Source: an uncultured Candidatus Saccharibacteria bacterium (GTDB taxonomy: Bacteria; Patescibacteriota; Saccharimonadia; Saccharimonadales; CAIOMD01). From it: 64,000 nucleotides of DNA. Where the stretch lies: contig CAIOMD010000013.1 in the NCBI GenBank assembly GCA_903859365.1, positions 1,081 through 65,080 on the forward strand, given 5' to 3'. Made by a program: the position numbers and the translations under genes. How positions within the stretch are numbered: the stretch's first letter is position 1; each line of letters opens with the position of its first letter. Of the stretch, positions 1-9,566 are shown piece by piece. The notes beneath the pieces are model-generated. The model saw only the letters and a program-made list of their open reading frames with translations, had not been told where the DNA came from and made no database searches.

Positions 1-48
1 GATACGCACCCAATAAAAAAGGCCTTTCTATGGTAGAAAAGTCCTCTT

Positions 49-123
49 TGGTGATCCCAAGGAGAATCGAACTCCTATTGCCAGGATGAGAACCTGGTGT
101 CCTAACCGTTAGACGATGGGACC
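49..123 (-). tRNA. tRNA-Glu (anticodon CUC), CCA encoded
   Basis: The reverse complement folds as a 75-nt cloverleaf. Acceptor stem GGTCCCA/TGGGATC; anticodon stem CCAGG/CCTGG with loop TTCTCAT (CTC); T-arm AGGAG-TTCGATT-CTCCT; 3' end ACCA. Confidence 0.9.
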
Positions 124-229
124 AAATAATTTTCTCGATAATAGTAGCACAAGTTTAATAAGATAGCCACCTCTGTTAATTAAGCTTGCTTTTATCAAGA
201 TATAAATGAATAATAGAAAGCAACATTAA

Positions 230-1399
230 ATGATCTTATGGTGGGCAAATATTTTGTTTGGTTTTAAGAAAAAAAATAAAATTGGAGAGAATATTCAAGG
301 GCTTTTCGATGAAAATGCTTTATCGGAAACTGCACTAAATAATCTTATGTTAGGTGTTTTTATGTTAGATAAATCTGGTTCCATAATTCTCAGTAATTTT
401 GCTGGGAACCAGATGATTGGGTACGAATCTAAAGAGACGAAAAATAAAAATTATACCAATTTTATTAAAATAACAGATGCTAAGGGTGTTCTCATAGAAT
501 CTTCAATAAATCCTATTGCGAGGAATCTTATTGAGGGTGGAAAAATAACTACCGATAAGTATTTCCTCTCCAGCAGAAATAATGTACTTCGGCCAATTGG
601 CTTAGTAATAAATGAAATTTTAGATCAAGCTCAGAAAAGCAAAGGAACGATTGTCGTCCTTCGTGACTTAACAAGAGAAAAATTCTTAGATCAACAACGT
701 TCAGACTTCATTAGTACCGCAAGTCATGAAATGCGTACACCTGTCGCTGCAATTGAAGGATATCTTGCTCTCGCCCTTAATGAAAAAATGGCAAATATTG
801 ATGAAAAAGCTAGATACTATCTAGAAAAAGCGCATGCTAGCGCAGAACGTCTCGGTAAACTCTTTCAAGACCTCCTTAACAGCGCTAAAGCTGAAGACGG
901 TAGATTACAGAACAACCCCGAAGTTATCGACATTGCTGAATTTTTAGAAAGTTTGACAAGTAACATGAAATTTATGGCTGAGAAAAAAGGCTTAAATTTC
1001 GAATTTCTGATTAACGCTAGCAAGGACACATCCAAGGAACATTATTTGGTGAATGTGGACAAAGATAGGCTTGGCGAAATAATAAATAATCTTTATGAGA
1101 ATGCCGTTAAATATACTGAAAGTGGCCAGATAACCATTGGCCTTACCGGAAACCCTAAAGTTGTGCAGCTTCGAGTGCAGGATACCGGAGACGGAATTCC
1201 CGCGGAAGCAATTCCTCATTTATTTGAAAAATTCTATAGGGCAGATAACTCTAGCACCCGAGAGATCGGTGGAACCGGACTTGGACTTTATTTAGCAAAG
1301 GAAATCGTAAAACTCTATGATGGACGTATATGGGTTGAAAGTGAAATCGGTAAAGGTAGTACTTTCTATATTAATCTACCGAGAATCAATAGGAGTTAA
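230..1399 (+). CDS. PAS-domain sensor histidine kinase, apparently cytoplasmic
   Basis: H-box FISTASHEMRTPV, N-box NLYENAVKYT, G1 QDTGDGIP, G2 GGTGLGLYLAKE. The N-terminal half is PAS-like and has no clear membrane-spanning sensor. Confidence 0.85.
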   Translation: MILWWANILFGFKKKNKIGENIQGLFDENALSETALNNLMLGVFMLDKSGSIILSNFAGNQMIGYESKETKNKNYTNFIKITDAKGVLIESSINPIARNLIEGGKITTDKYFLSSRNNVLRPIGLVINEILDQAQKSKGTIVVLRDLTREKFLDQQRSDFISTASHEMRTPVAAIEGYLALALNEKMANIDEKARYYLEKAHASAERLGKLFQDLLNSAKAEDGRLQNNPEVIDIAEFLESLTSNMKFMAEKKGLNFEFLINASKDTSKEHYLVNVDKDRLGEIINNLYENAVKYTESGQITIGLTGNPKVVQLRVQDTGDGIPAEAIPHLFEKFYRADNSSTREIGGTGLGLYLAKEIVKLYDGRIWVESEIGKGSTFYINLPRINRS

Positions 1400-1463
1400 C
1401 ATATTTTACATACATGATACAATATGAACATATAAGCAAAAGCACTAAAAAAGGAATATATTA

Positions 1464-2378
1464 ATGGCTAAAATAATGCTCGTCGAAGATGACAATAACC
1501 TTAAAGAAATTTACGGTGAGAGGTTGCAGGCTGAAGGTTATGAAATAGTGACGGCTGGTGATGGCGAAGAGGGCTTATCGACTGCTATCAAGGAACGACC
1601 GGATCTTATTATTTCAGATGTAATGATGCCAAAAATTAGTGGCTTTGATATGCTGGATATTCTTCGGCAAACTCCTGAAACTATGAATACAAAGGTTATC
1701 ATGATGACTGCCCTCAGTCAGGCTGAAGATAAAGATCGAGCAGAAAAACTTGGTGCTGATAAATATCTCGTTAAATCACAAGTAACACTAGAGGATCTAG
1801 CTCGAGCCGTACACGATCTACTCAACGATAGCCCGGCAGATACCGAATCTGAAACTGAAGTTTCGACTCCAGTTGTTACGAGTAACGTACCAGTTACCGA
1901 TCCTCCAGTAGAAAATTCTGAAGAAAGTACTTCAATTCCAACAAGTTCAACAAATGAAACAGAAACAAATAAAGGAGCAGAAATGCAAGAAGACGTTACA
2001 ACACAAACCGATAATACTTCTATGGCCCAACCAGTAGATCCAGTAGCAGCATCTCCGATGCCAACTACTCCAGTAATGCCAGAAGCGATGGCTGAAGCTC
2101 AAGAGAAAAATGAGTTTGAGGCTAACGCTAAAGCATTTGAAGATAGCATCGATACAACACCGCCTACTCCTGAAATGCAGAGCCCAGCAATGCCGACCGA
2201 AGAAGTTGCTACTCCAGCGTCTGATACTATGCCAACTCCTCCCGTAAGTGAAGAGCCTGTGATGGCAGCTCCAACTATGGAGACACCGGCACAGATGCCG
2301 ACCGAAGAACCAGCAATGCCAACTGACATGGCTGAAGTTCCCAAAGAAGAAGATCCAGAACACCCTTCGGCTGTTTAG
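1464..2378 (+). CDS. Response regulator: receiver domain plus a ~185-aa acidic Pro/Thr/Glu/Met-rich tail, no recognisable output domain
   Basis: Receiver motifs VEDD, DLIISDVMMPKISG, MMTA and YLVKS. The C-terminal part is low complexity with repeated MPTEE units. Confidence 0.85.
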   Translation: MAKIMLVEDDNNLKEIYGERLQAEGYEIVTAGDGEEGLSTAIKERPDLIISDVMMPKISGFDMLDILRQTPETMNTKVIMMTALSQAEDKDRAEKLGADKYLVKSQVTLEDLARAVHDLLNDSPADTESETEVSTPVVTSNVPVTDPPVENSEESTSIPTSSTNETETNKGAEMQEDVTTQTDNTSMAQPVDPVAASPMPTTPVMPEAMAEAQEKNEFEANAKAFEDSIDTTPPTPEMQSPAMPTEEVATPASDTMPTPPVSEEPVMAAPTMETPAQMPTEEPAMPTDMAEVPKEEDPEHPSAV

Positions 2379-2392
2379 TCTATACTTCTACT

Positions 2393-3052
2393 ATGCGAAT
2401 CAATAAATTAATTGCCGGAAGACTTGGTATTTCTCGAAGAAAAGCCGATGAATTTATTGAAAAAGACCGTGTCCTCGTTAATGGCATACTCCCATCCCCA
2501 GGAATGGATATAACTGATCCATCGACTGTTTTAGTAGATAAAAAACCGCTGCCAGAGGAGAAGAAAACGATTACTATACTTCTCAATAAACCAGAAGGTT
2601 ACGTCTGTAGCCGTGATGGCCAGGGAAGCCACACGGTCTATGAGCTACTTCCATCCGAGCTTCGATTCACTAATATCGTAGGTAGGCTAGACAAAGACAG
2701 CAGCGGACTACTTCTTTTTACTAATGATGGAGAACTGCATAACGACCTGACGCATCCTTCAAAAGATAAAGAAAAAACATACCATGTAACGTTAAATAAG
2801 AAGATTTCCGAAAATGATCTCGAGATACTGTCTAAAAAAGGAGTGCCCCTGAGAGATGGTATTTCTCGATTTATTATTCTAAATCTAGACACAGATTCCT
2901 TCCTGTACGAGGTAACATTAAGAGAGGGTCGCAATAGGCAGATCCGCCGAACTTTCAATGCAATGGGGTATAAAATAACCGCCCTTCAGAGAACGGCAGT
3001 CGGAGCTTTTTCTTTAAGCGAACTTAAGCCAGGTGAATATAAAATAGTTTGA
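2393..3052 (+). CDS. Pseudouridine synthase, RsuA/RluB family (S4 domain plus catalytic domain)
   Basis: S4-like N-terminus MRINKLIAGRLGISRRKADEFI, catalytic GRLDKDSSGLLLFTNDG, REGRNRQIRR. Ends at a TGA stop at the expected length. Confidence 0.85.
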   Translation: MRINKLIAGRLGISRRKADEFIEKDRVLVNGILPSPGMDITDPSTVLVDKKPLPEEKKTITILLNKPEGYVCSRDGQGSHTVYELLPSELRFTNIVGRLDKDSSGLLLFTNDGELHNDLTHPSKDKEKTYHVTLNKKISENDLEILSKKGVPLRDGISRFIILNLDTDSFLYEVTLREGRNRQIRRTFNAMGYKITALQRTAVGAFSLSELKPGEYKIV

Positions 3053-3123
3053 AAACATAAAATATAATTTGTCAATTTTTCACTAGCTTTTTACCTCTGT
3101 TATTGCTATAGTAAATAGAACTT

Positions 3124-4473
3124 ATGAGTAAAAAAGTCCCTATCGTTGCAATTGTTGGAAGAGCCAATGTCGGAAAGAGTAGTCTTTTCAATACAATAAT
3201 TGGTCATCGCGAAGCAATTGTAGCCAATGAACCCGGTACAACTCGAGATAGTATTATGTCGAAGGCTACTTTTAGTGGCCAAGATTTTTGGCTCATTGAC
3301 ACAGCCGGAATGAAAGACGCTGAAGATGATTTTGAATTCACCATTCAAGAGCAGATAATCCAAGCGGCAGATAGCGCTGACATCATTATGGTGATGGTAG
3401 AAGCGGATATCATGATTACTGAAGAAGATAGACGAGTTGCTAAGCTTGCCCTTAAGAGTAAAAAAACCGTAATTCTAATTGTTAATAAAATTGACAAGAA
3501 CGTACACGTCGACCTTGATGACTATAGAAAATTAGGAATTAAAGAAATTTTTGGAACCAGTACAACGCAGCGATCTGGCGTCGAAGAACTTCTTGAAGAT
3601 CTAACCAAAAAACTTCCAAAAGCAAGTATCAAAGTTGAAGACGATCGACTGAGGATTGCAATCTTAGGCCGCCCTAATGTCGGTAAGAGCCAGCTCTTCA
3701 ATACCCTAGCCAAAAAACAGCAGGCAATTGTCGCGGACAAAGCGGGTACGACCCGAGATGTAAACCGAACTATCATCAAATATGCTGGTAGGGAGATTGA
3801 ACTGCTCGATACTGCAGGTATTAGAAAAAATGGAAAAATAGAAGTTGGTGTCGAGAAATTTAGTGTTATTCGAAGTCTTGCTGCTATCGAACAAGCTGAT
3901 GTTTGTTTTCTTTTGATCGACGTTAATGATCTAACCGTTCAGCTTGATCAAAAAATTGGTGGAATCATTAAAGATGCAGGCAAGGGCATGGCGCTGGTTG
4001 TTAGCAAGTGGGATTCAGTAATCGAAAAAGATGCATTCACTAGGGACGACCTTGCCCCAAAAGTTAAATACCAGTTTGAATTTGCACCTTGGGCGCCTCT
4101 CATCTTTACGAGTAGCGTGACAGGACAGAATGTCTCAAAGCTTTTTGAACTCGCATTAGAGATTGATACCAATCGACACAAGAAAGTTACCACTGGTGAG
4201 TTAAATCGTTGGCTTAGAGCTTGTGTTGACGCGCACCCTCCTGCAGGACTTAAGAATAGCTATCCTCGATTAAATTACATTACTCAGACTGATGATGATA
4301 CTCCGACCTTTAAAGTCTTCGGTAGCCATACTAAATTGCTCCATTGGAGCTACAAAAGATATCTCGAAAGACAACTGAGAGAAAAATATGGGTTTGAAGG
4401 TACTGCCGTTAAATTTTACTTCAGCGAAAAACACGAGCATCAGCCAAATGCTCCAAAACCTAGAGGCCGTTAA
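3124..4473 (+). CDS. der: Ribosome-associated GTPase Der/EngA
   Basis: Two tandem G domains (GRANVGKSS..DTAG..NKID and GRPNVGKSQ..DTAG..SKWD) plus a KH-like C-terminus. Confidence 0.95.
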   Translation: MSKKVPIVAIVGRANVGKSSLFNTIIGHREAIVANEPGTTRDSIMSKATFSGQDFWLIDTAGMKDAEDDFEFTIQEQIIQAADSADIIMVMVEADIMITEEDRRVAKLALKSKKTVILIVNKIDKNVHVDLDDYRKLGIKEIFGTSTTQRSGVEELLEDLTKKLPKASIKVEDDRLRIAILGRPNVGKSQLFNTLAKKQQAIVADKAGTTRDVNRTIIKYAGREIELLDTAGIRKNGKIEVGVEKFSVIRSLAAIEQADVCFLLIDVNDLTVQLDQKIGGIIKDAGKGMALVVSKWDSVIEKDAFTRDDLAPKVKYQFEFAPWAPLIFTSSVTGQNVSKLFELALEIDTNRHKKVTTGELNRWLRACVDAHPPAGLKNSYPRLNYITQTDDDTPTFKVFGSHTKLLHWSYKRYLERQLREKYGFEGTAVKFYFSEKHEHQPNAPKPRGR

Positions 4474-4497
4474 CCGCTAACTGGTACAATACTTTTT

Positions 4498-5139
4498 ATG
4501 GGACTTTTTCAAAAACAACCAATCAACTTAAAGCAAAATCTTCCCTATTCAATCTCTATAAATACAGGGACCGTTTTGATAGTAGGTCTCGGAAACCCAG
4601 GTAAAGAATACGACTTGACGAGACATAATTTAGGATTTATGGCAGTCGATTCTTTCGCAACAAAAAACGAATTCCCAGAGTGGTCTGAAGAAAAAAAATT
4701 TAAAGGACTCGTCACTTCAAAGAATGTTGGACCTGTTAAAGTTTTCCTTTTTAAACCCACTACATTCATGAATGACAGCGGACAGGCTGTGCAAGCCTTG
4801 GCAAGTTTCTTCAGGATCGACGAACGTCGAATTGTTGCAGTACACGATGAACTGGCGATTCCTTTTGGTCAAATAAGAAATCGGGTTGGCGGACAAGCTG
4901 CCGGTCATAATGGAATTAAATCCCTCATCCAACACATTGGACCTAATTTTGGAAGAATAAGAATTGGCATAAAAAATAGCCTCAGTGCTAAAAAAGATAC
5001 GAGTGATTTTGTTCTTAGTAAATTCAGCAAAACCGAACAGCAGCTATTGCCTGAACTAATTGGTGAAGTAGACGCTATAATGACTGAATATATCTATGGT
5101 AGTGAATTACCCCTCGATACTAGAAAAATAATTTTATAA
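4498..5139 (+). CDS. pth: Peptidyl-tRNA hydrolase
   Basis: VGLGNPGKEYDLTRHNLGF and HNGIKS motifs. The ATG start gives a ~25-aa N-terminal extension; an in-frame TTG at 4576 after AGGGA is an alternative start. Confidence 0.88.
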   Translation: MGLFQKQPINLKQNLPYSISINTGTVLIVGLGNPGKEYDLTRHNLGFMAVDSFATKNEFPEWSEEKKFKGLVTSKNVGPVKVFLFKPTTFMNDSGQAVQALASFFRIDERRIVAVHDELAIPFGQIRNRVGGQAAGHNGIKSLIQHIGPNFGRIRIGIKNSLSAKKDTSDFVLSKFSKTEQQLLPELIGEVDAIMTEYIYGSELPLDTRKIIL

Positions 5140-5140
5140 T

Positions 5141-6793
5141 ATGCTCGTTTCTATTGATATAAGCGATAAACACTTCGGTGATAAGGTTTTGTACAAAAAT
5201 CTTCAATTTACTTTAGAAAAAAACGAAAAAGTAGGGGTTATAGGCCGAAATGGTGCAGGAAAAAGTACACTATTTGGCATGCTAGCGGGAACCGATACAG
5301 AGTTCGATGGAGAAATTAAAACTGCCAAAAATACCGTCGTAATAAGCACTCGACAAGAACATTCAGACATTGATGATCTTATGGTTATAGATTATATTCT
5401 CGATGAATTACCGCAGTACAAAAAACTAAAGAAAATTATTGATTCTTTCGGTAGTGATGGGAATACAAGTACCAATGCGATGAATCGATATAGCGATGCC
5501 CTAGAGCAATTCAGTAGCCTTGGTTATTACACAATTGAAGATACTGTTATCGAGAAATTAAAAACGTATCAAATAGACGAAGATAAGTCTCGCGGCCCAC
5601 TTGAAAACCTAAGTGGTGGCCAAAAAAGATTTGTTGAACTCGTAAAAATTGCTAATGCAAATGCAGACTTAGCACTAATCGACGAACCTACTAACCACAT
5701 GGACTACATCGCTAAAAATGAATTCATTGATTGGCTAGATAATGTCAGAAATCTTGCAGTACTTGTGATTACCCATGATCGTGATGTGCTTGAAAAAGTT
5801 GATCGAATCGTTGAGATCAAGGAGGGGAAAGCCCTGATTTTCAAGGGAAATTATGATTCATATCTACTTCAAAATAGTTCATCAACAGTAACCGCTATAA
5901 AGAATTTTGAGATCGATGAAGCCACTATAGTAAATCTAAAGAAGCAAATTGAATTTGCCCGCGCACGATCAGCCAAGGGTGGACCACGTTGGGTTACTCT
6001 AAGGGAGCGATACGAAAGAGAATTGAAAGAAATTCTTGATAATAGAAAGAAGCCGAGTTTTTGGATTGATAGAGAATCATTATCGAAACTACATCCAAAA
6101 GCTGCAGAAGGCTACGGAAAATATAAGGCAAAAAATATTCGGATTGCAACGCAAGCTGGAACTTCCGATAACAAGGGGTATCAGCCAATTATAGAAGTAG
6201 ATAATCTTTCCCTTGGATATAATGAGCCCCTATTTGAACATATATCATTTAAACTCCTTGAGGGCGATAAGCTGCGATTCCACGGAAGGAATGGTGCCGG
6301 CAAGACGACACTTATTAAAACTATCCTCGCAACTGCCAACGAGGAGAAAATCTCCGCTACTATTTATCAAGGAACTGTTGAAGTACGCCCTAAACTTGCA
6401 ATAGGCACCTATGAGCAAGAAATAGGCGATAAATACATGGATATGGACTTAGAAAAGGCCCTAGAGCAACTTTATTTAGATAAAGATATTCCTGTTAATG
6501 AACAAAAAGTACGCCAACTAATGAGCGATTATTTATTTAATCCTTTAACTGACGCAAAAATACCTATACGACTTCTGAGTGGAGGACAAAAAGCACGGTT
6601 CCAAATCATCTCAATGCTCGCTAACAATCCTCAATTACTTATTTTGGACGAACCAACGAATCACCTTGACCTTCCAAGTATCGAAGAACTCGAAAACGCA
6701 CTGCACCGATTCAAAGGCGCGATCATATTCGTAAGTCATGACGGATTCTTCGTTAAGGGCTTTGAGCACGAAACACTTCCTGTAGGAAAATAA
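5141..6793 (+). CDS. ABC-F family ATPase (two ABC cassettes, no membrane domain)
   Basis: Walker A GRNGAGKST and GRNGAGKTT, signatures LSGGQKRF and LSGGQKAR, Walker B LALIDEP and LLILDEP. Confidence 0.9.
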   Translation: MLVSIDISDKHFGDKVLYKNLQFTLEKNEKVGVIGRNGAGKSTLFGMLAGTDTEFDGEIKTAKNTVVISTRQEHSDIDDLMVIDYILDELPQYKKLKKIIDSFGSDGNTSTNAMNRYSDALEQFSSLGYYTIEDTVIEKLKTYQIDEDKSRGPLENLSGGQKRFVELVKIANANADLALIDEPTNHMDYIAKNEFIDWLDNVRNLAVLVITHDRDVLEKVDRIVEIKEGKALIFKGNYDSYLLQNSSSTVTAIKNFEIDEATIVNLKKQIEFARARSAKGGPRWVTLRERYERELKEILDNRKKPSFWIDRESLSKLHPKAAEGYGKYKAKNIRIATQAGTSDNKGYQPIIEVDNLSLGYNEPLFEHISFKLLEGDKLRFHGRNGAGKTTLIKTILATANEEKISATIYQGTVEVRPKLAIGTYEQEIGDKYMDMDLEKALEQLYLDKDIPVNEQKVRQLMSDYLFNPLTDAKIPIRLLSGGQKARFQIISMLANNPQLLILDEPTNHLDLPSIEELENALHRFKGAIIFVSHDGFFVKGFEHETLPVGK

Positions 6794-6801
6794 AAGGAAC
6801 T

Positions 6802-6841
6802 AAAAAGAGCCTATAGAGGGGGTGGGCACCACTATAGGCTC
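6802..6841 (-). terminator. Rho-independent terminator, minus-strand orientation only
   Basis: Perfect 10-bp stem (6807-6816 with 6832-6841) and a 15-nt loop. It is followed by TTTTT only when read on the minus strand; on the plus strand it is followed by CATATTA. Confidence 0.6.
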
Positions 6842-7108
6842 ATATTAGCCTTCAACCCCGTACGACGAGCGTACAACGCTTTTAAAGCCCACCTCAATAA
6901 AACGAGGGGTTAAAGCTTACGGTTAAAGGCGTTAGTATGTTTTAGAACGCTTGAATAGTAAACTATTACGCTAGCGTGGAGGGTAACAACGCATGACGCA
7001 CGCTCTAAAACAATCTAACAGCGTTGAGCAGTTTATAAATAAACTGAACAACAGCTAGAATTTTTTGGGGGTATAAGGTACGTAAAACGTAAGAATTTAA
7101 CGTTTACG
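6802..7108 (-). ncRNA. Candidate ~300-nt structured small RNA of unknown family
   Basis: Lies between a near-consensus minus-strand promoter and the minus-oriented terminator. Nested long-range complementarity and no ORF of 60 aa or more. Visibly more G+C-rich than nearby spacers. Confidence 0.4.
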
Positions 7109-7114
7109 AAGCAA

Positions 7115-7143
7115 ATAATAGCATTTCCTTTATTTTTTGTCAA
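7115..7143 (-). promoter_or_regulatory. Sigma-70-type promoter for the candidate sRNA
   Basis: On the minus strand: TTGACA (7143-7138), 17-nt spacer, TATTAT (7120-7115). Confidence 0.45.
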
Positions 7144-7251
7144 TAATATTTTACTAGATGTTTATGTTTATGCTTACATGGTATTTGCTTGCAATTTCAT
7201 TCAATAGCATATAGTCTAAGTCTCGTTACAAATTAAATTTGATGTATATAT

Positions 7252-9543
7252 ATGAATAAAAAGAACCTTGTTATCGTTGAGTCACCAGCAAAAGCTAAGA
7301 CAATTGAAAAATTTCTTGGCAAAGATTATGTAGTTCGAAGTAGCTTCGGGCACATTCGTGATCTTCCAAAAAAAGGAATAAGTATAGATATTGAGCACGA
7401 TTTTGCTCCTACTTATGAAATACCTAGTGATAAAACCAAGGTTGTAGGCGAATTAAAAAAAGAAGCTAAGGGTGCTGAAGTTTGGCTCGCAAGTGACGAA
7501 GACCGCGAAGGGGAAGCCATCGCTTGGCATCTGGCCGAAGCACTCGGGCTTGATACTAAAACTACTAAACGTATCGTCTTTCATGAAATAACAGAAACTG
7601 CAATCAAGAATGCCATTGCGCACCCAAGAACAATAGATATTAATCTTGTTGATGCCCAACAATCAAGGCGAATCCTTGATAGGATCGTTGGTTACGAATT
7701 ATCTCCAGTATTATGGAAAAAGGTACGGCCAGGCCTTAGCGCTGGACGAGTACAATCAGTTGCTGTTCGACTTATCGTTGAACGTGAGAGAGAAATCAAC
7801 GACTTCCAATTTGAATCAAGTTTTAGAGTTCAGGCCACCTTTACTAAAAATAAAGATGAGATTCCTGCAGAGTTAAATAAACGATTTTCATCTGAAGAAG
7901 AAGCTAATAAGTTTCTAGAGCTTGCAAAAACTGCTGAATTTAAAGTTAAGGATATTACCTTAAAACCCAGCTTAAGAAATCCGTCGGCGCCATTTACGAC
8001 TTCAACCCTGCAGCAAGAAGCAGCCCGCAAATTAGGATTTAGCGTAAAACAAACAATGACTTTAGCGCAAAGACTTTATGAAAATGGTCACATCACCTAT
8101 ATGCGAACAGATAGCACAAATCTGTCCGGTCTAGCCATCGCCTCTGCACAAAGTTATATCCTTGATAATTTTGGCAAGGAATACCATCAAGTTCGACAAT
8201 TCAAAACTAAGAATTCATCTGCCCAAGAAGCCCATGAAGCTATTCGTCCAACTCATTTCGATAAGACTGTTTCGGGTGAAGATGAAAGTCAGAAAAAATT
8301 ATATCAATTGATATGGAAGCGGACACTTGCGAGCCAAATGACTCCCGCCAAAACTGATAAAACTGAAATAGCTATAGGCATTTCAAACCACTCAACATTG
8401 TTTATATCTAAGGGAGAAATGTTGAAATTTGACGGTTTCCTCAAAGTTTACGGTGGTGGTAAAGAGGACTCTATTTTACCCGCTCTAAGCAAAGACGACA
8501 TTCTTGCTCGACAAACTATTAACGCCCACGAAAGTTTCTCAAGGCCACCCGCGAGATACTCCGAAGCGAGCCTAGTGAAGGCACTCGAAGAACTAGGTAT
8601 TGGACGCCCTAGCACATACGCTCCAACCATCAGCACGATCCAAACTCGCGGCTACGTTGAAAAAGCTGATCTAGAAGGCATTGAACGGCCTGCCGTCGAT
8701 CTAACGCTAGAAAAAGATACTATCAATCGATCTGTGATAGACGAAGTGTACGGAGCAGATAAGGGTAAGTTACTCCCAACACATGTTGCAAATGTAACGA
8801 CTGACTTTTTAGTTAAATATTTCGGGGATATCATTAACTCTGGTTTTACTGCTACGGTTGAAAAAGATCTAGACGAAGTAGCTGAAGGAACTGTTATATG
8901 GCAAAAATCACTTAAAGAATTCTATGAAAAATTTCATCCTTTAGTTGAAAAAGCTGGCGATGCCACTAGGCAAGAAACATCGCAAGCGAGACTTCTAGGA
9001 AACGACCCTAAATCAGGAATACCAATTTACGCTCGATTCGGACGATTTGGACCGATGCTTCAAAGAGGCGAAGTTGAAGATGAGAAAAAACCCGATTTTG
9101 CCCCAATGCCTGCTGGCATCAAACTCGAGAACGTTACACTTGAAGAAGCACTCACGATGTTTACCTTGCCAAGACTCGTCGGGAACACGAAAGAGGGTGA
9201 TGAGATCAGGGCAAATATTGGAAGATTTGGACCCTATATACAGATAGGCAAAATTTTTGTTTCCATAAAGCCCCTTGATCCCTTTACTATTACACTTGAG
9301 GAGGCACTAGAGCTCTACGCAAAAAAACAAGAAACAATAGCCAATCGAGAAATTAAAATATTTGAAAAAGAAGGAATAAGCATACTTAATGGGCAGTATG
9401 GACCCTTCATAACAGACGGTAAAAAGAATGCAAGAATTCCAAAAACGACAGAACCAAAAGACATAACCCTAGAACAAGCAAAAGAAATGCTCGCTAAAGC
9501 AAAACCAGCGCGTAAAAAAATCACTCGACGGCGTAGTAAATAG
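7252..9543 (+). CDS. topA: DNA topoisomerase I
   Basis: Toprim VIVESPAKAKTIEKFLG and DEDREGE, active-site tyrosine region ITYMRTDS. Cys-free C-terminal repeats (FGRFGPM, GRFGPYIQ, QYGPFITDG) and a basic tail. Confidence 0.95.
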   Translation: MNKKNLVIVESPAKAKTIEKFLGKDYVVRSSFGHIRDLPKKGISIDIEHDFAPTYEIPSDKTKVVGELKKEAKGAEVWLASDEDREGEAIAWHLAEALGLDTKTTKRIVFHEITETAIKNAIAHPRTIDINLVDAQQSRRILDRIVGYELSPVLWKKVRPGLSAGRVQSVAVRLIVEREREINDFQFESSFRVQATFTKNKDEIPAELNKRFSSEEEANKFLELAKTAEFKVKDITLKPSLRNPSAPFTTSTLQQEAARKLGFSVKQTMTLAQRLYENGHITYMRTDSTNLSGLAIASAQSYILDNFGKEYHQVRQFKTKNSSAQEAHEAIRPTHFDKTVSGEDESQKKLYQLIWKRTLASQMTPAKTDKTEIAIGISNHSTLFISKGEMLKFDGFLKVYGGGKEDSILPALSKDDILARQTINAHESFSRPPARYSEASLVKALEELGIGRPSTYAPTISTIQTRGYVEKADLEGIERPAVDLTLEKDTINRSVIDEVYGADKGKLLPTHVANVTTDFLVKYFGDIINSGFTATVEKDLDEVAEGTVIWQKSLKEFYEKFHPLVEKAGDATRQETSQARLLGNDPKSGIPIYARFGRFGPMLQRGEVEDEKKPDFAPMPAGIKLENVTLEEALTMFTLPRLVGNTKEGDEIRANIGRFGPYIQIGKIFVSIKPLDPFTITLEEALELYAKKQETIANREIKIFEKEGISILNGQYGPFITDGKKNARIPKTTEPKDITLEQAKEMLAKAKPARKKITRRRSK

Positions 9544-9566
9544 AGTTTTAACTCCTTTGAATTACC

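Noticed and set aside
1947-2363. Long antisense ORFs (1947-2363 and 2099-2344) opposite the response-regulator tail.
   Set aside because: They lie wholly inside a well-supported gene. Their sequences (Cys/Trp/His/Phe-rich or Gly/Ser/Val-rich) are the mirror of a low-complexity Pro/Thr/Glu region, and they have no start context.
6802-7108. Identifying the candidate sRNA as tmRNA, RNase P RNA, SRP RNA or 6S RNA.
   Set aside because: I found no GGGG..TTCGA..ACCA tRNA-like ends and no tag ORF ending in hydrophobic-Ala-Ala. There are no GGAAAGTCC/ACAGAA P4 strands and no SRP domain-IV motif. The fold is branched rather than the single rod with a central bubble expected of 6S RNA. Only a covariance-model search can settle this.
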